A program made the translations under genes and the position numbers. DNA of 64,000 nucleotides from Candidatus Eiseniibacteriota bacterium (lineage in GTDB: Bacteria; Eisenbacteria; RBG-16-71-46; DASYSL01), in contig JBKJJJ010000127.1 in the NCBI GenBank assembly GCA_046598045.1, positions 9,419 through 73,418 on the forward strand, in the 5' to 3' direction. The notes beneath the pieces were generated by a model that ran no database searches, was not told the DNA's origin, and saw nothing but the letters and a program-made list of their open reading frames with translations. Numbering within the stretch: position 1 is the stretch's first letter; every line of letters starts with the position of its first letter. Positions 19,537 through 29,902 of the stretch are shown here, one piece after another.

Positions 19537-22187
19537 CTCTCCGGGCCCCGACTCCGCGCCTCTCTCACCTCACGCATCCCTGCTCTGCCGGGCGGCGCGG
19601 GCGGGGCCTCGGGCTGTTCCTCGCTACGACCGCGCTCGCTCTCGCATGCGCATTCCCCCCGGCGCATGCAGGGCCTTACGTCTGGGACCAGGACGGAGAC
19701 GGCGTCGACGATCGCATGGAGACCGTGCAGGTCCTCGGCTATCGCTTCGCCTTCGAGAACGCCGACTCGCTGGGACGGCAGCGCTTCGAGGTGTCACGGG
19801 ACGCCGGCGGATTCCTGTTCGGCGTGTACGTCGTGTACGACCACCAGCCGACCCCGGCCGATCTCGCCGCGCTCAGCGCGCTCGGCATGCCGGTGATGCA
19901 TCGCCTCGAGGCGGTGCCTGCCGTGCGCAGCACCGCCACGCTCGGCCAGGCGACGCTCGCGCGCAACCTGGCTGGCGTCGAACGCATCGAGGTCATCCCG
20001 GTTCTCTATCCCGACCTCCACAACGCCACCGCCGCGCTCGGTGTGCGTGACCCCTCGGAGGTCGTGTTCCCGACCTGGGAGACGGCCGGTCTCGCGGGCG
20101 CCGGTGTCGAGGGGCCCCCGGTCGGGGGGGTTCCCACGCGGCGCGGCCAGGGCATCGTGGTCGCGATCCTCGACACCGGGATCAACGACGCCCCGGATAA
20201 CGGGTATCCCGGGCACGAAGCGGTCGCCGGGCGCGTCCTCGGCGGGGCCGACTTCACGCACGGCGACTCGCTGCTCGACACCCCGCGATCGGGAAGCGTG
20301 AACCCCGCGGATCATGGCGGCCCGGCGACGGGCGCGCACGCAACCCACGTCGCGGGGATCGTGGCGGGCACCGGCGGCGGCAGCGGCTACGCCGTGGGCC
20401 TCGCGCCCCTGGCCCGACTGGTCGACGTCAGGGTGCTCGGGGATCTCGGCAAGGGTAGCGCCGTCGCCGAGGCGATCGACTGGTGCATCGCCAATCGCGC
20501 GCGCGACTGGGGCGATCCCGATCCCTCCAACCGCGGGATCGACGTGATCAACCTGTCGCTCTCGAGCGTGGACCTGAGCGATGGAAACGACGTGGCCTCG
20601 CGCGCCGCGGCGCGCGCGGTGCAGAGCGGAATCGTGGTGGTCGCCTCGATGGGCAACGACGCGCTGAGAGCCCACGTGCCCTCGCCGGCCGCGGGCGACG
20701 GAGTGATCGCCGTGGGCGCGTGGGACATCCAGCGCAGCGGGGCTCCGGGGGATGATCGTCCGGCGACGTTCAACAACACCGGCCCGCGCGCGGACGACGG
20801 CGATGGCGACCCCAGCGACGAGCAGAAGCCGACCCTGCTCGCCCCCGGAGTCGGCATACTGGCGCCCGACGGGGACCCGACCAGCGACGGCGCCCAGTAC
20901 CGCCGCGCGAGCGGCACGAGCGCGGCGGCGGCCATGGTCAGCGGCGTGGTCGCGCTCGAGGCCTCGGCCCACCCGGGGATGTCTCCGGGGGCGATCACCC
21001 GTCTGCTCACGACCACGGCCCGCCGGGAACTCCCAGGGCTGGCCCCCGGGACCTCCGGCGTCGACCCGCGCTGGGACTCGGCGCGCGGCTTCGGGTTGGC
21101 GGACGCCTATGCCGCCGAGCTCGAGGCGGTCGCCCCGGGGCACACCCAGGTCCGCCGGCTCCAGCTCACGACGAGCCCGGACTCGATCGCGGCCGAGCTC
21201 TGGTCCCAGCGCGAGCGCGGTGCGCTCTACCTGGTGCTCGAGCGCGCGGCCGACGCCTCTGGCTCGCCCGGAGCTTTCGCCGCCTACGACTCGTTCCTGT
21301 GCGTGGGAGACTCATCGCTCGCCGACGTGTCGAACCGGTTCGTCTACGCCCGGGGCTGGCCCATCGCGTCGGCGGAGCGCGGGCGGGCGTACTGGTACCG
21401 CGCGGCCTACACCGAGGACGGGATGCGTTTCGCGGGGCCGGCAAGGCGTCTCGCCACGCCGATCGGAACCAGCCGGGCCACGCTCGAGGCGATCATCGTC
21501 CACAACGCGTACGACCATGACCTCAACGCGGTGTTCGAAGGCGTGAGCGGCTATGCCGGCTCTCCCGGCATCCTGACGTGGCCGCTCCCGGGGAGTTCCG
21601 CAGCGATCGCGAGCGACTGGGTTTCGGGGGTTTCGGCGACGGGCAACGTCTCCCAGACCTTCCGCGTGGAGATCCCTGTCGGCGCCGCCGAGAACTACCT
21701 CCCGCCGTCGGATTCGTCGCCCTGGACGCTGCGCGTGGGCGAGGGTGGCTACTTGAATCGATCCGGCCGCATCGAGCGCTTTCGGCTGACCTGGCACGGC
21801 CCCGACGGTGACGTCGTGTACGAGGGCTCCCCCTCTCCGGCGCCGACGATCGAGGGCCAGACCACGCGCGTCAGGATCCCGGCCGCGGTGACGGGCGTGC
21901 CCGATTTGGACACCCGGCAGCCGACCGGGCTCGCCGTCTTCCCGAACCCCGCGCGGACGAGCACGGCTCTCGAATTCTCGGTGCGCGCGGGCGACGCCAC
22001 CCGGGTGGACATCTTCGATCTCGCCGGCCGCCACGTCGGCGCGACGCCGCTCGCACCCAGCGGTTCAGGCCTTGTCGGCGCGCGTTGGATCGCCCGCGAC
22101 GTCCGCGGGGCAGCGCTTGCCCCGGGGGTCTACTTCGCTCGCGCAGGCCGTTCTCCGGCGCGCCGCCTGGTCCTGCTCGCGCCTTAG
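19533..22187 (+). CDS. Secreted subtilisin-like serine protease (peptidase S8) with T9SS C-terminal sorting domain (protease 1 of 3)
   Basis: Signal peptide is followed by a catalytic triad context VVAILDTGIND (Asp), HGGPATGAHATHVAGIVAG (His) and GTSAAAAMVSGVVAL (Ser). The C-terminus LAVFPNPARTSTALEFSV...GVYFARAG is a T9SS CTD. Confidence 0.85.
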   Translation: MTLRAPTPRLSHLTHPCSAGRRGRGLGLFLATTALALACAFPPAHAGPYVWDQDGDGVDDRMETVQVLGYRFAFENADSLGRQRFEVSRDAGGFLFGVYVVYDHQPTPADLAALSALGMPVMHRLEAVPAVRSTATLGQATLARNLAGVERIEVIPVLYPDLHNATAALGVRDPSEVVFPTWETAGLAGAGVEGPPVGGVPTRRGQGIVVAILDTGINDAPDNGYPGHEAVAGRVLGGADFTHGDSLLDTPRSGSVNPADHGGPATGAHATHVAGIVAGTGGGSGYAVGLAPLARLVDVRVLGDLGKGSAVAEAIDWCIANRARDWGDPDPSNRGIDVINLSLSSVDLSDGNDVASRAAARAVQSGIVVVASMGNDALRAHVPSPAAGDGVIAVGAWDIQRSGAPGDDRPATFNNTGPRADDGDGDPSDEQKPTLLAPGVGILAPDGDPTSDGAQYRRASGTSAAAAMVSGVVALEASAHPGMSPGAITRLLTTTARRELPGLAPGTSGVDPRWDSARGFGLADAYAAELEAVAPGHTQVRRLQLTTSPDSIAAELWSQRERGALYLVLERAADASGSPGAFAAYDSFLCVGDSSLADVSNRFVYARGWPIASAERGRAYWYRAAYTEDGMRFAGPARRLATPIGTSRATLEAIIVHNAYDHDLNAVFEGVSGYAGSPGILTWPLPGSSAAIASDWVSGVSATGNVSQTFRVEIPVGAAENYLPPSDSSPWTLRVGEGGYLNRSGRIERFRLTWHGPDGDVVYEGSPSPAPTIEGQTTRVRIPAAVTGVPDLDTRQPTGLAVFPNPARTSTALEFSVRAGDATRVDIFDLAGRHVGATPLAPSGSGLVGARWIARDVRGAALAPGVYFARAGRSPARRLVLLAP

Positions 22188-22399
22188 CCCCGGCTTCAAA
22201 ACCCGGCTCGCACCACCAGCTCCCCGGCTCGCTCCTCCAGCTCACTGGCCCGCCCGCTCAAGTCATTCTCAAGTCCCTCCCCCTAGTCTCGCCGCAGTTG
22301 GGAGCGCCGGCAATGAGCCGGTCTTGACCGGGTGGCAGGCGGGACTCGGGTCCCGCCGCCACCGGTACGCGAGCGACGCCACGGCGTCGAGGGGGAACA

Positions 22400-25300
22400 T
22401 TGATCATGGTGCGACACGCCTTACTCCGGGCCCTGGGCTTGTCCGCGCTGCTGGGGACGCTCGTTGCGTCGCCATCGGCCGCGGCGTGGATGTGGGATCA
22501 GAACGCGAATCGGATCGATGACCGCATGGAGGCCGTCGAGACCGACGGACCCCTGGCAGCGCGCGTGGACGGCGCCATAGACGGACGCCTGCGCATCGCC
22601 CTGCTGAACGCCGCTGCGCCCTACGTCTACGGTGTCTACGTCGGGTACGACCACCATCCGGGCGACGGCGACGCCGCCGCGCTCGCCGCCACCGGCGCGC
22701 CGGTGCAGGTGCGCTACGAGAACATCGACTACATCCGCACCCAGGTGACACTCGCCCAGGCGCAGGCGATCGCCCAGCTCCAGGGCGTCACGCGCGTCGA
22801 GACCATTCCCATGCTCTATCCCGTGAACGACATCGCGACCCAGGTGCTCCGCGCGCGGCCGTCGGGCGGGCAGCTGTTCCCCAGCGTGTGGGGCGATCTC
22901 GGAGTGACCGGCCGCGGCGTCTCGGTCGCGATCCTCGATACCGGCGTCAACGACGCTCCGGACTCGACGAACGGATACCCGGGCCACGAATCGCTGCGCG
23001 GCAAGTTCGTCGGGGGCGGAAGCTTCTTCTCCGGCCAGCCGGCCCTCAACACGCCGCTGAACAGCAGCGAAAACCCGAAGCATGCGCAGGACCCCGAGCT
23101 CACCTTCCACGGCACGCACGTCGCGGGCACGGCCATCGGCTCCGGCGGGCCGAACGGCGTGCTGGGCGGCGCGGCCCCGGGCCTGTACGCGGGCCTGGCC
23201 CCGGACGCGCGCCTGATCGACTGCAAGGTCCTCTCCGACGCCGGGCTGGGGTTCGGCGCAGCGGATGCACTCGACTGGCTGATTCACCACAAGAACGACA
23301 GCTGGGGCCTCTCGGGCGCCGACTCCATCTATCGCGGGGTGGACGTCGCGAACATGTCGCTCGGCGGCACCGACAACTCCGACGGCACCGACGCCAGCAG
23401 CGCCGCCGTCAACGCGGCCTCGCGCGCCGGGATCGTGGTCTGCGTCGCCACCGGCAACGACGGCAAGACGAACTATATCGCCTCGCCCTGCGCCGCGGAC
23501 CTGGCGCTCAGCGTGGGCGCTTTCACCGACAACAACACGATCGGACGCGAGGACGACCTCGTCGCGAGCTACAGCAACGAGGGCCCCCGCCTCGACGACC
23601 GCGACGCCGACCACGTGGACGAGATGAAGCCCTCGGTCCTGGGCTCGGGCACGGGCGTCCTGTCGGCGCTCGGTGATCCCACGACCAATGGACGCCAGTA
23701 CCACCACATCAACGGCACGAGCATGGCCACCCCGACGATCGCGGGCGTGTGCGCGCTCATCCTCTCCGCGCGGCCGAACCTGTCGCCCGACGACGTGCGG
23801 CGGATCATCCAGGACACCGCCGAACACCGGACCGACCGCGGCAAGCAGGCAGCGGGCGCGTCCAATCCCTACGGGATCGACCCGAACTACCATCCCTCGT
23901 GGGGCTGGGGCATGCCCGACGCCTACGCCGCCGTGCGCGAGGCGACGAACCCGAGCACGACCCAGATCGTGCGCATGACCCTCACGCCCCAGCGTGGCCC
24001 GGACGCGGTCCGCGTCGCCTGGTCGACCCAGCGCGAGGTCGATCTCTCGCGCTTCGTGGTCGAGCGCGCGCCGGACGTCGTCGGCGGCCCGGGCGCGTTC
24101 CAGTCGATCTACACGCAGACGGTCGCGAATCCGCAGTGGCAGATCCGCGGGATCGCGAATCGCCACCCCTACGCCTACGTCGACGGGGATCCGACGCTGG
24201 ACCCGGGCGCGAAGTACTGGTATCGGCTGCGCTGGATCGACACCAGCGGGTTCACCTACCAGGAACCCGCGCTGTCGGTGCGCATCGCCGACAGCCCGGT
24301 CGTGGCGCGCTTGCTCTACTCGTGGACCCACAACTACTCGGACGGCGACCTCGCCATTCGCGTCGGCACCGGGACCTCGACGCTGTATCCGATCTGGTTT
24401 CGCGCCGGCCTGGGGGCCCCCGCGGCGGACTCGATGAAGACGCGTTCGGGCGTAGCCTTCACCGGGACCAAGCAGTACTACTTCCACGTCGATCTCACGA
24501 CGGCCGACCTGGTCGAAGGGTTCCTGCCGCCGAGCGCGGCGAACCCCTGGTTCCTGGGCGTCAAGGAGGGCGGCTTCGTCAACACGAAGGGCACCGTGAA
24601 CGACTTCTCGATCCAGGTCTTCGGGCCGAGCGGGACGACCACGTATGCCGCTCCGAATCCGGCGACCCAGACGGTCGAGAAGACCGAGACCGTGTTCTGG
24701 ATCCCGGCCGACCCGGCCGCGTCGACGAACCACGCTCCGGTCTTCCAGGCGGTCGGACCGCAGACCATCGGCGAAGGCCTGATGCGCCGCTTCACGGTGC
24801 AGGCGTCGGATGCCGACGGCGACCTCCTCACCTACAGCGCGCTCTCGCTCCCTCCCGGCGCGCTGTTCGACACCGGCACTCACCGCTTCGAGTGGACGCC
24901 CGGGTATGCGGCGGCCGGCTCGTACACGGTGAGGTTCGTCGCCACGGACAACCACGTCCCGGCCGCGGCGGCCGACACCGAGGTGGTCGCGATCACGGTC
25001 ACCGACCGCAGCCCGAGCAGCAACCTGCCCCCGGCGTTCGACGTGATCTCCGATCGCTCCGCGATCGTCGGGGAGCCGGTGAGCTTCCGCGTCACGGCGC
25101 GCGATCCCGAGGGCTCGGCTCTGACCTACAGCTTGGTGGACCCGGGGTCGCTCGGGCAGCTCGATCCGGCGACCGGGGCGTTCAGCGTCACGATGTCGAA
25201 CAGCGGCTACTTCCGCTTCGGCTTCGTCGCCACCGATCCGGGCGGACTCACCGACTCGATGACGGTCGTGGTCTCGGCGATCGACCCGGTGATCGGCCCC

Positions 25301-25954
25301 GCCCCGCTGTCGGCCTGCGAGGAGAACGCGCAGGTGTTCACGGGCGTGGTCGGCATGGGCGTCCCCGAAGTCGCCCCGGGCCAGGTGGAACTGCCGTTCA
25401 CCTCGCCGGCGGGGATCCAGCGCATCCAGGCCACGCTGTCGTGGTTCGGCAGCCCGGCCGTGGATCTCGATCTCTACCTGCTCGACGCGAGCCACAACGT
25501 CGTGAAGGCGGCCGCCTCGAGCAACCCCAGCGAGAACCTCGTCTACAGCACGCCGGTGGCGGGCAACTACTTCTGGCGCGTCGTCAGCTACGCGAGCCCG
25601 GACACCGCGAACTTCCAGATCGCCATGAGCCAGTGCGTCACCTCACCGCTGGTCGGCGTGGCCGGAGGCGGGGCGGCCCGGGTCTCGTTCGCGCGCACCG
25701 TGCCGAACCCGTTTACGCTCTCGACGCGGGTGTCATTCTCGATGCCGGCGGCGGGCCATGCGACGCTCAAGCTCTATGACGTTGCCGGTCGCCTGGTGCG
25801 CACGCTCGAGGACTCCGACCTGCCGGCGGGAACGCACTCGCGGGTGTGGGACCGCCGAACCGACCGTGGCACGACCGCGACCGCGGGCCTGTACTTCTAC
25901 CAGCTCGAAGTGGGCGGAAAGCGCTTCGGGCAGAAGGTGATCCTCGCGCGCTGA
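22400..25954 (+). CDS. Secreted subtilisin-like serine protease (S8) with FN3-like, tandem Ig/cadherin-like, PPC (pre-peptidase C-terminal) domains and T9SS CTD (protease 2 of 3)
   Basis: VSVAILDTGVNDAPD, HGTHVAGTAIG and GTSMATPTIAGVCALI form the triad. The domain after the catalytic core has AWSTQREVDLSRFVVER...YWYRLRWID (FN3-like). Two He_PIG/cadherin-like repeats follow (LTYSALSLPPGALFD..., LTYSLVDPGSLGQLD...). The PPC domain is LDLYLLDASHNVVKAAASSNPSENLVYSTPVAGNYFWRVVSY. The CTD is VPNPFTLSTRVSFSM...GLYFYQLEVGGKRFGQKVIL. Confidence 0.85.
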   Translation: MIMVRHALLRALGLSALLGTLVASPSAAAWMWDQNANRIDDRMEAVETDGPLAARVDGAIDGRLRIALLNAAAPYVYGVYVGYDHHPGDGDAAALAATGAPVQVRYENIDYIRTQVTLAQAQAIAQLQGVTRVETIPMLYPVNDIATQVLRARPSGGQLFPSVWGDLGVTGRGVSVAILDTGVNDAPDSTNGYPGHESLRGKFVGGGSFFSGQPALNTPLNSSENPKHAQDPELTFHGTHVAGTAIGSGGPNGVLGGAAPGLYAGLAPDARLIDCKVLSDAGLGFGAADALDWLIHHKNDSWGLSGADSIYRGVDVANMSLGGTDNSDGTDASSAAVNAASRAGIVVCVATGNDGKTNYIASPCAADLALSVGAFTDNNTIGREDDLVASYSNEGPRLDDRDADHVDEMKPSVLGSGTGVLSALGDPTTNGRQYHHINGTSMATPTIAGVCALILSARPNLSPDDVRRIIQDTAEHRTDRGKQAAGASNPYGIDPNYHPSWGWGMPDAYAAVREATNPSTTQIVRMTLTPQRGPDAVRVAWSTQREVDLSRFVVERAPDVVGGPGAFQSIYTQTVANPQWQIRGIANRHPYAYVDGDPTLDPGAKYWYRLRWIDTSGFTYQEPALSVRIADSPVVARLLYSWTHNYSDGDLAIRVGTGTSTLYPIWFRAGLGAPAADSMKTRSGVAFTGTKQYYFHVDLTTADLVEGFLPPSAANPWFLGVKEGGFVNTKGTVNDFSIQVFGPSGTTTYAAPNPATQTVEKTETVFWIPADPAASTNHAPVFQAVGPQTIGEGLMRRFTVQASDADGDLLTYSALSLPPGALFDTGTHRFEWTPGYAAAGSYTVRFVATDNHVPAAAADTEVVAITVTDRSPSSNLPPAFDVISDRSAIVGEPVSFRVTARDPEGSALTYSLVDPGSLGQLDPATGAFSVTMSNSGYFRFGFVATDPGGLTDSMTVVVSAIDPVIGPAPLSACEENAQVFTGVVGMGVPEVAPGQVELPFTSPAGIQRIQATLSWFGSPAVDLDLYLLDASHNVVKAAASSNPSENLVYSTPVAGNYFWRVVSYASPDTANFQIAMSQCVTSPLVGVAGGGAARVSFARTVPNPFTLSTRVSFSMPAAGHATLKLYDVAGRLVRTLEDSDLPAGTHSRVWDRRTDRGTTATAGLYFYQLEVGGKRFGQKVILAR

Positions 25955-26038
25955 GCGCGAGCGGATGGGGGCGATCGGTCTTCGTGCGGACCCCGTTGGG
26001 CCCGGAATCCACGGGATCGGCGGAGATCGGTCGTTGAG

Positions 26039-26076
26039 GCGGGCCGGGGAGCAATCCCCGGCCCGCGTCGTTGTTG
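26039..26076 (+). terminator. Putative intrinsic terminator after protease 2 (approximate coordinates)
   Basis: An 11-bp GC stem gcgggccgggg / ccccggcccgc with a 6-nt loop is followed by gtcgttgttg. A TTGACA hexamer follows immediately, which may be a -35 element for protease 3. Confidence 0.4.
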
Positions 26077-26201
26077 ACACGGAGGCCGGATCCGGGGGAA
26101 ACTCATTCGATTTTGTCGCCATTCCCTCTTTTGCGGAATCGTGTCCGGGTCCCCCCTCGGCCTCGCCGTCCGTGCCCCCCTGATCAGGAGATCCTGGACG
26201 C

Positions 26202-29200
26202 ATGCGTGTTCGCCCGAGCCTCGCGCCGAGTCGTCTTGCATTGCTGGCCGCACTCACCCTCGCTCTGCTCCCGACCTTCGCCCTGGCCCAGGTTCGCATG
26301 CCGCTCGAGGATCTGGAGCGCGGCCTGAGGGCTGCCGAAGGCGGGCAGGAGATTCCGATCGCGAACCGTCCGTTCGCACGCCAGGTCTCGGTCAATGACC
26401 GGCTGTTCGATCGTGCGCCCTCGGGCGCGGAGCCGCCGGCCTACCAGGCGCCCGAGGAGTTCGGCGTCGTGCTCGAGTACGACGGTGGCCGGGTCGCGCT
26501 CGAGGCCGCCGGCGTGCGCGTCCAGAGCGAGGTCGGCAACATCTTCACGGCGCGCATGAAGCGCGACGAGATCGCGCTCCTGCGCAACGTGCGCGGCCTG
26601 AAGTCGGCGCGCCTCGCGCACTACACGCGGCCGAACCTCAACGTGAGCGCGGTCGACGTGCGCTCGGACCTCGAGCACGCGGCGGTGGGCTCGCCCCCCG
26701 TGTACAACGGGCGCGCGGGCCTCAACATGATCCTCGGCGACGTGGACACGGGGATCGACTTCACGCGCCCGGACTTCATGGACGGGCTGGGCAAGACGCG
26801 CATCCTCTATATCTGGGACCAGACCGACGCAGTCGGGCCCGGACCGGGCGCGTTCGGCTATGGCTCGGAGTGGACGAAGACCCAGATCGACAACACGCCT
26901 GGCGCGGTCCGCCAGACCGACAGCGACGGCCACGGCACGGCCGTCGCCGGAGTCCTGATCGGCAACGGCTCGCTCACCGGCTGCTCCGCCCCGGCGTACC
27001 GCTACGTGGGCATGGCGCCGCTCGCGCAGATCATCGAGGTCAAGACGAACTTCTCGGACGCGGGCATCATCGATGGCGTGAACTACATCTTCCAGAAGGC
27101 CGCGGCGCTCGGGAAGGACGCGGTCGTGAACCTCTCGCTCGGCAGCCAGTTCGGGCCGCACGACGGCTCGGACACGTTCGCCTCGGCGATCAGCGCGCTG
27201 ACCGGCCCGGGCAAGATCGTGGTCGCCTCGGCCGGCAACGAGCAGGCGGACAAGCTCCACGGCAAGCTCACCACGACCTCGACCACGCCGGGCGTCGATC
27301 GCGTCACGATCACGGTGCCGGCCTACACGGCGAACGCGGGCACGTTCAACGACTACTTCCTGGTCACCGGCTGGTACGACCCCACGGCGAGCTACACGAT
27401 TCGCGTCAAGGCCCCGAACGGGACGGACTCGCTGTCGTGCGGCTTCGGCGCCAACAAGGACAAGAACACCGTCAGCGGCAAGATCTTCATCGCGAACCAG
27501 AGCACGCTCTACGGCTACGGCGGCACGCCGAAGGGCCGGCAGTTCGAGGTCGAGGTCTACGACTCGCTCTCGACGCGCCGCCCGACAGCCGGCACGTGGG
27601 AGATCTCGATCGTCTCCAACGGCGCGCCGAACATCGGCAAGCGCGTCGACACGTGGATCTACCAGGCGCTGCTCGGCGCCGCGGGCGCGAGCCCGGTGAC
27701 CGCTATCAGTCTCGACAACACCACCGTGGTCGGGAGCCCGGCGGACGGCGACAGCGTGTTCGCGGTCGGCGCCCACACCACGAAGGCCTCGTGGTTCTCG
27801 TGCGCCCAAAACGGCACGTGCGCCTACTCGGTCCCGCCGACGCTCAACGCGATCGCCTCGTTCTCCTGCATCGGCCCGCGCAGGGACGGCGTGCTCAAGC
27901 CCGAGATCACGGCCCCCGGCTTCGGCGTGGCCACGACCCACTCGGCGCAGGCCCCCGCGATCGGCATCTGCGGCGACGTCGATGACGGCGTGCACGAGGT
28001 CGAGGCCGGCACGAGCTTCTCCGCCCCGCACGTCGCGGGCGCGGCCTCGCTGTTCCTCTCGGCCTACCCGGGCTCGTCGCCGAGCCGGGTCAAGCAGGCG
28101 TTCGAGGCGCACGCGCGCACGGACGGCTTCACCGGCGCGGTGCCGAACAACACCTGGGGTTACGGCAAGCTCGACATCTACGGCACGTTCGACCACACCG
28201 CTCCGGCCGTGGCGGTGACCTCGCCGAGCGGCGGCGAGTCGTGGGCGGTCGGCTCGAGCCACAACATCACCTGGACCGCGAGCGACGCCTCGGGCGTCAC
28301 CTCGGTCGACCTCGCCTACTCGACCGACGGCGGCGGCAGCTACCCGAACGCAATCGCCACCGGGATCGCGAACTCGGGCTCGTACTCGTGGTCGGTGCCC
28401 AACGCGGTCACCTCGACGGCGCGCGTGCGGGTCACGGCGCACGACCCGTTCAACAACACGGCGGCCGCCCAGAGCGCGGCGAACTTCGCGATCGTCGACG
28501 GCACGCCGCCGACGGCGAGCGTGGTCGCCCCGAACGGCGGCGAATCGTGGGGCGCGGGCTCCTCGCAGACGATCCAGTGGACCGCGAGCGACAACCTGGC
28601 GGTGACCGGGGTCGACCTCGCGTACTCGACCGACGGCGGCGCGACCTACCCGAACGTGATCGCGACCGGCCTGGCGAACAGCGGCAGCTACGCCTGGACG
28701 CTGCCGGCGATCTACACGACGACCGCGCGGGTCAAGGTCACCGCCTACGACGCATCGGCGAACGCGGGCGTGGGCACGAGCGCGAACAACTTCTCGATCG
28801 TCGACCTGACGCCGCCGACGGTGACCGTCACCTCGCCGGTGGGCGGCGGATCGGTCGAGGCGGGCTCGAACACGAACGTGGCCTACACCTACGGCGACAA
28901 CGTGGGCGTGACCTCGTTCGACATCGAGTACTCGGCGGACAACGGCGGCAGCTGGGCGACGCTCGCGACCGGCGTCGCCGGGTCGCCCTACCTGTGGGCC
29001 GTGCCCGCAACGCTCGTGCCGCAGGCGAAGCTGCGCGTCACCGCGCACGACGCCGCCGCGAACACGGGTAACTTCACGACCGGCGCGTTCTCGATCGTGG
29101 ACACGACCCCGCCCGCGATCTCGCTGATCGCCCCGAATGGCGGGGAGACCTGGACCGAGGGCGACAGCCGCCTGATCGACTGGACGGCGAGCGACGTCAT

Positions 29201-29717
29201 GGGCGTCGACTCGGTGCGCGTCGAGTACTCGCTCCATGGCACCGGCGGGCCATGGCTGGCGGTCGCGACCGTGGCACCGGACACCAGCGGCTACCAGTGG
29301 ACGGTGCCCGTGGGCGTCAGCGACTCGGCGCTGGTGCGCGTGACCGCGTTCGACACGTCGGTCAACGGCGGCCTGGATCAGAGCAACGCGCTGTTCTCGA
29401 TCCTGGGCTCGGCTGTGGGCGTGGCGCCGACGGGCGACGTGGCGTTCGCCCTCCTGCCGCCGGCCCCGAATCCGGGCAGCGGCGCGATGACGCTGCGCTA
29501 CCGCCTGCCGCAGACGGCGGACGCATCGCTCGAGATCTTCTCGCCTTCGGGCCAGCGTGTGTGGTCCGCATTCGAGGCCGCGAAGTCGGCGGGTGAGCAC
29601 GTGGTGACCTGGAGCGGTCGCGATGCGGGCGGCGCGCGCGTGCCGGCCGGGCTCTATTTCGTGCGGCTCAGGACACAGTTCGGCAACCGCAGCGCAAAGC
29701 TGGTGCGCCTGAAGTAG
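26202..29717 (+). CDS. Secreted subtilisin-like serine protease (S8) followed by four tandem Kre9/KNH-like (about 100 aa) beta-sandwich repeats and a T9SS CTD (protease 3 of 3)
   Basis: Signal peptide is MRVRPSLAPSRLALLAALTLALLPTFALAQ. Triad context is LGDVDTGIDFTRPDF, DSDGHGTAVAGVLIG and GTSFSAPHVAGAASLF. The repeats are of the form P.GGESW.(A/E)GS...I.WTASD...V..VDLAYSTDGG.S(Y/W)..IATG.ANSGSY.W..P. The CTD is LLPPAPNPGSGAMTLRYRL...GLYFVRLRTQFGNRSAKLVRLK. Confidence 0.85.
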   Translation: MRVRPSLAPSRLALLAALTLALLPTFALAQVRMPLEDLERGLRAAEGGQEIPIANRPFARQVSVNDRLFDRAPSGAEPPAYQAPEEFGVVLEYDGGRVALEAAGVRVQSEVGNIFTARMKRDEIALLRNVRGLKSARLAHYTRPNLNVSAVDVRSDLEHAAVGSPPVYNGRAGLNMILGDVDTGIDFTRPDFMDGLGKTRILYIWDQTDAVGPGPGAFGYGSEWTKTQIDNTPGAVRQTDSDGHGTAVAGVLIGNGSLTGCSAPAYRYVGMAPLAQIIEVKTNFSDAGIIDGVNYIFQKAAALGKDAVVNLSLGSQFGPHDGSDTFASAISALTGPGKIVVASAGNEQADKLHGKLTTTSTTPGVDRVTITVPAYTANAGTFNDYFLVTGWYDPTASYTIRVKAPNGTDSLSCGFGANKDKNTVSGKIFIANQSTLYGYGGTPKGRQFEVEVYDSLSTRRPTAGTWEISIVSNGAPNIGKRVDTWIYQALLGAAGASPVTAISLDNTTVVGSPADGDSVFAVGAHTTKASWFSCAQNGTCAYSVPPTLNAIASFSCIGPRRDGVLKPEITAPGFGVATTHSAQAPAIGICGDVDDGVHEVEAGTSFSAPHVAGAASLFLSAYPGSSPSRVKQAFEAHARTDGFTGAVPNNTWGYGKLDIYGTFDHTAPAVAVTSPSGGESWAVGSSHNITWTASDASGVTSVDLAYSTDGGGSYPNAIATGIANSGSYSWSVPNAVTSTARVRVTAHDPFNNTAAAQSAANFAIVDGTPPTASVVAPNGGESWGAGSSQTIQWTASDNLAVTGVDLAYSTDGGATYPNVIATGLANSGSYAWTLPAIYTTTARVKVTAYDASANAGVGTSANNFSIVDLTPPTVTVTSPVGGGSVEAGSNTNVAYTYGDNVGVTSFDIEYSADNGGSWATLATGVAGSPYLWAVPATLVPQAKLRVTAHDAAANTGNFTTGAFSIVDTTPPAISLIAPNGGETWTEGDSRLIDWTASDVMGVDSVRVEYSLHGTGGPWLAVATVAPDTSGYQWTVPVGVSDSALVRVTAFDTSVNGGLDQSNALFSILGSAVGVAPTGDVAFALLPPAPNPGSGAMTLRYRLPQTADASLEIFSPSGQRVWSAFEAAKSAGEHVVTWSGRDAGGARVPAGLYFVRLRTQFGNRSAKLVRLK
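28213..29400 (+). repeat. Four tandem in-frame repeats of roughly 300 nt (about 100 aa) inside the protease 3 gene (approximate boundaries)
   Basis: The protein-level repeats begin TSPSGGESWAVGSS..., VAPNGGESWGAGSS..., TSPVGGGSVEAGSN... and IAPNGGETWTEGDS.... Copies are divergent at the nucleotide level. Confidence 0.6.
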
Positions 29718-29740
29718 GCACCCGGCATCGGCACTCCACG

Positions 29741-29780
29741 GGGCGGTCCGCGCTCGGGCGCGGGCCGCCCCTTCTGCCAT
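29741..29780 (+). terminator. Putative GC-rich terminator hairpin after protease 3 (approximate coordinates)
   Basis: The stem ggggcgg...ccgcccc encloses an inner palindrome tccgcgctcgggcgcggg and is followed by ttctgcc. It has no strong U-tract, so this is a weak call. Confidence 0.35.
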
Positions 29781-29902
29781 GCGGCGTTCCTCGGGATCAA
29801 CCCGTGCGGCTGAGGGTGCTGGCATGCGGGCATGGCAACTCCAAGGGGCCCTGCGGCGTAGTCGGCGAGTCCCCACCGACCTTCCAGCCCGGGAGTCCGC
29901 CC

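Noticed and set aside
22188-22399. Checked the 212-nt spacer between proteases 1 and 2, and other intergenic regions, for tRNA, sRNA or CRISPR-like content.
   Set aside because: There is no cloverleaf-compatible sequence and no direct repeats with spacers. Only short GC hairpins (ccggtcttgaccgg; gcgggactcgggtcccgc) without U-tracts were seen. No CRISPR array, tRNA or rRNA is evident anywhere in the window.
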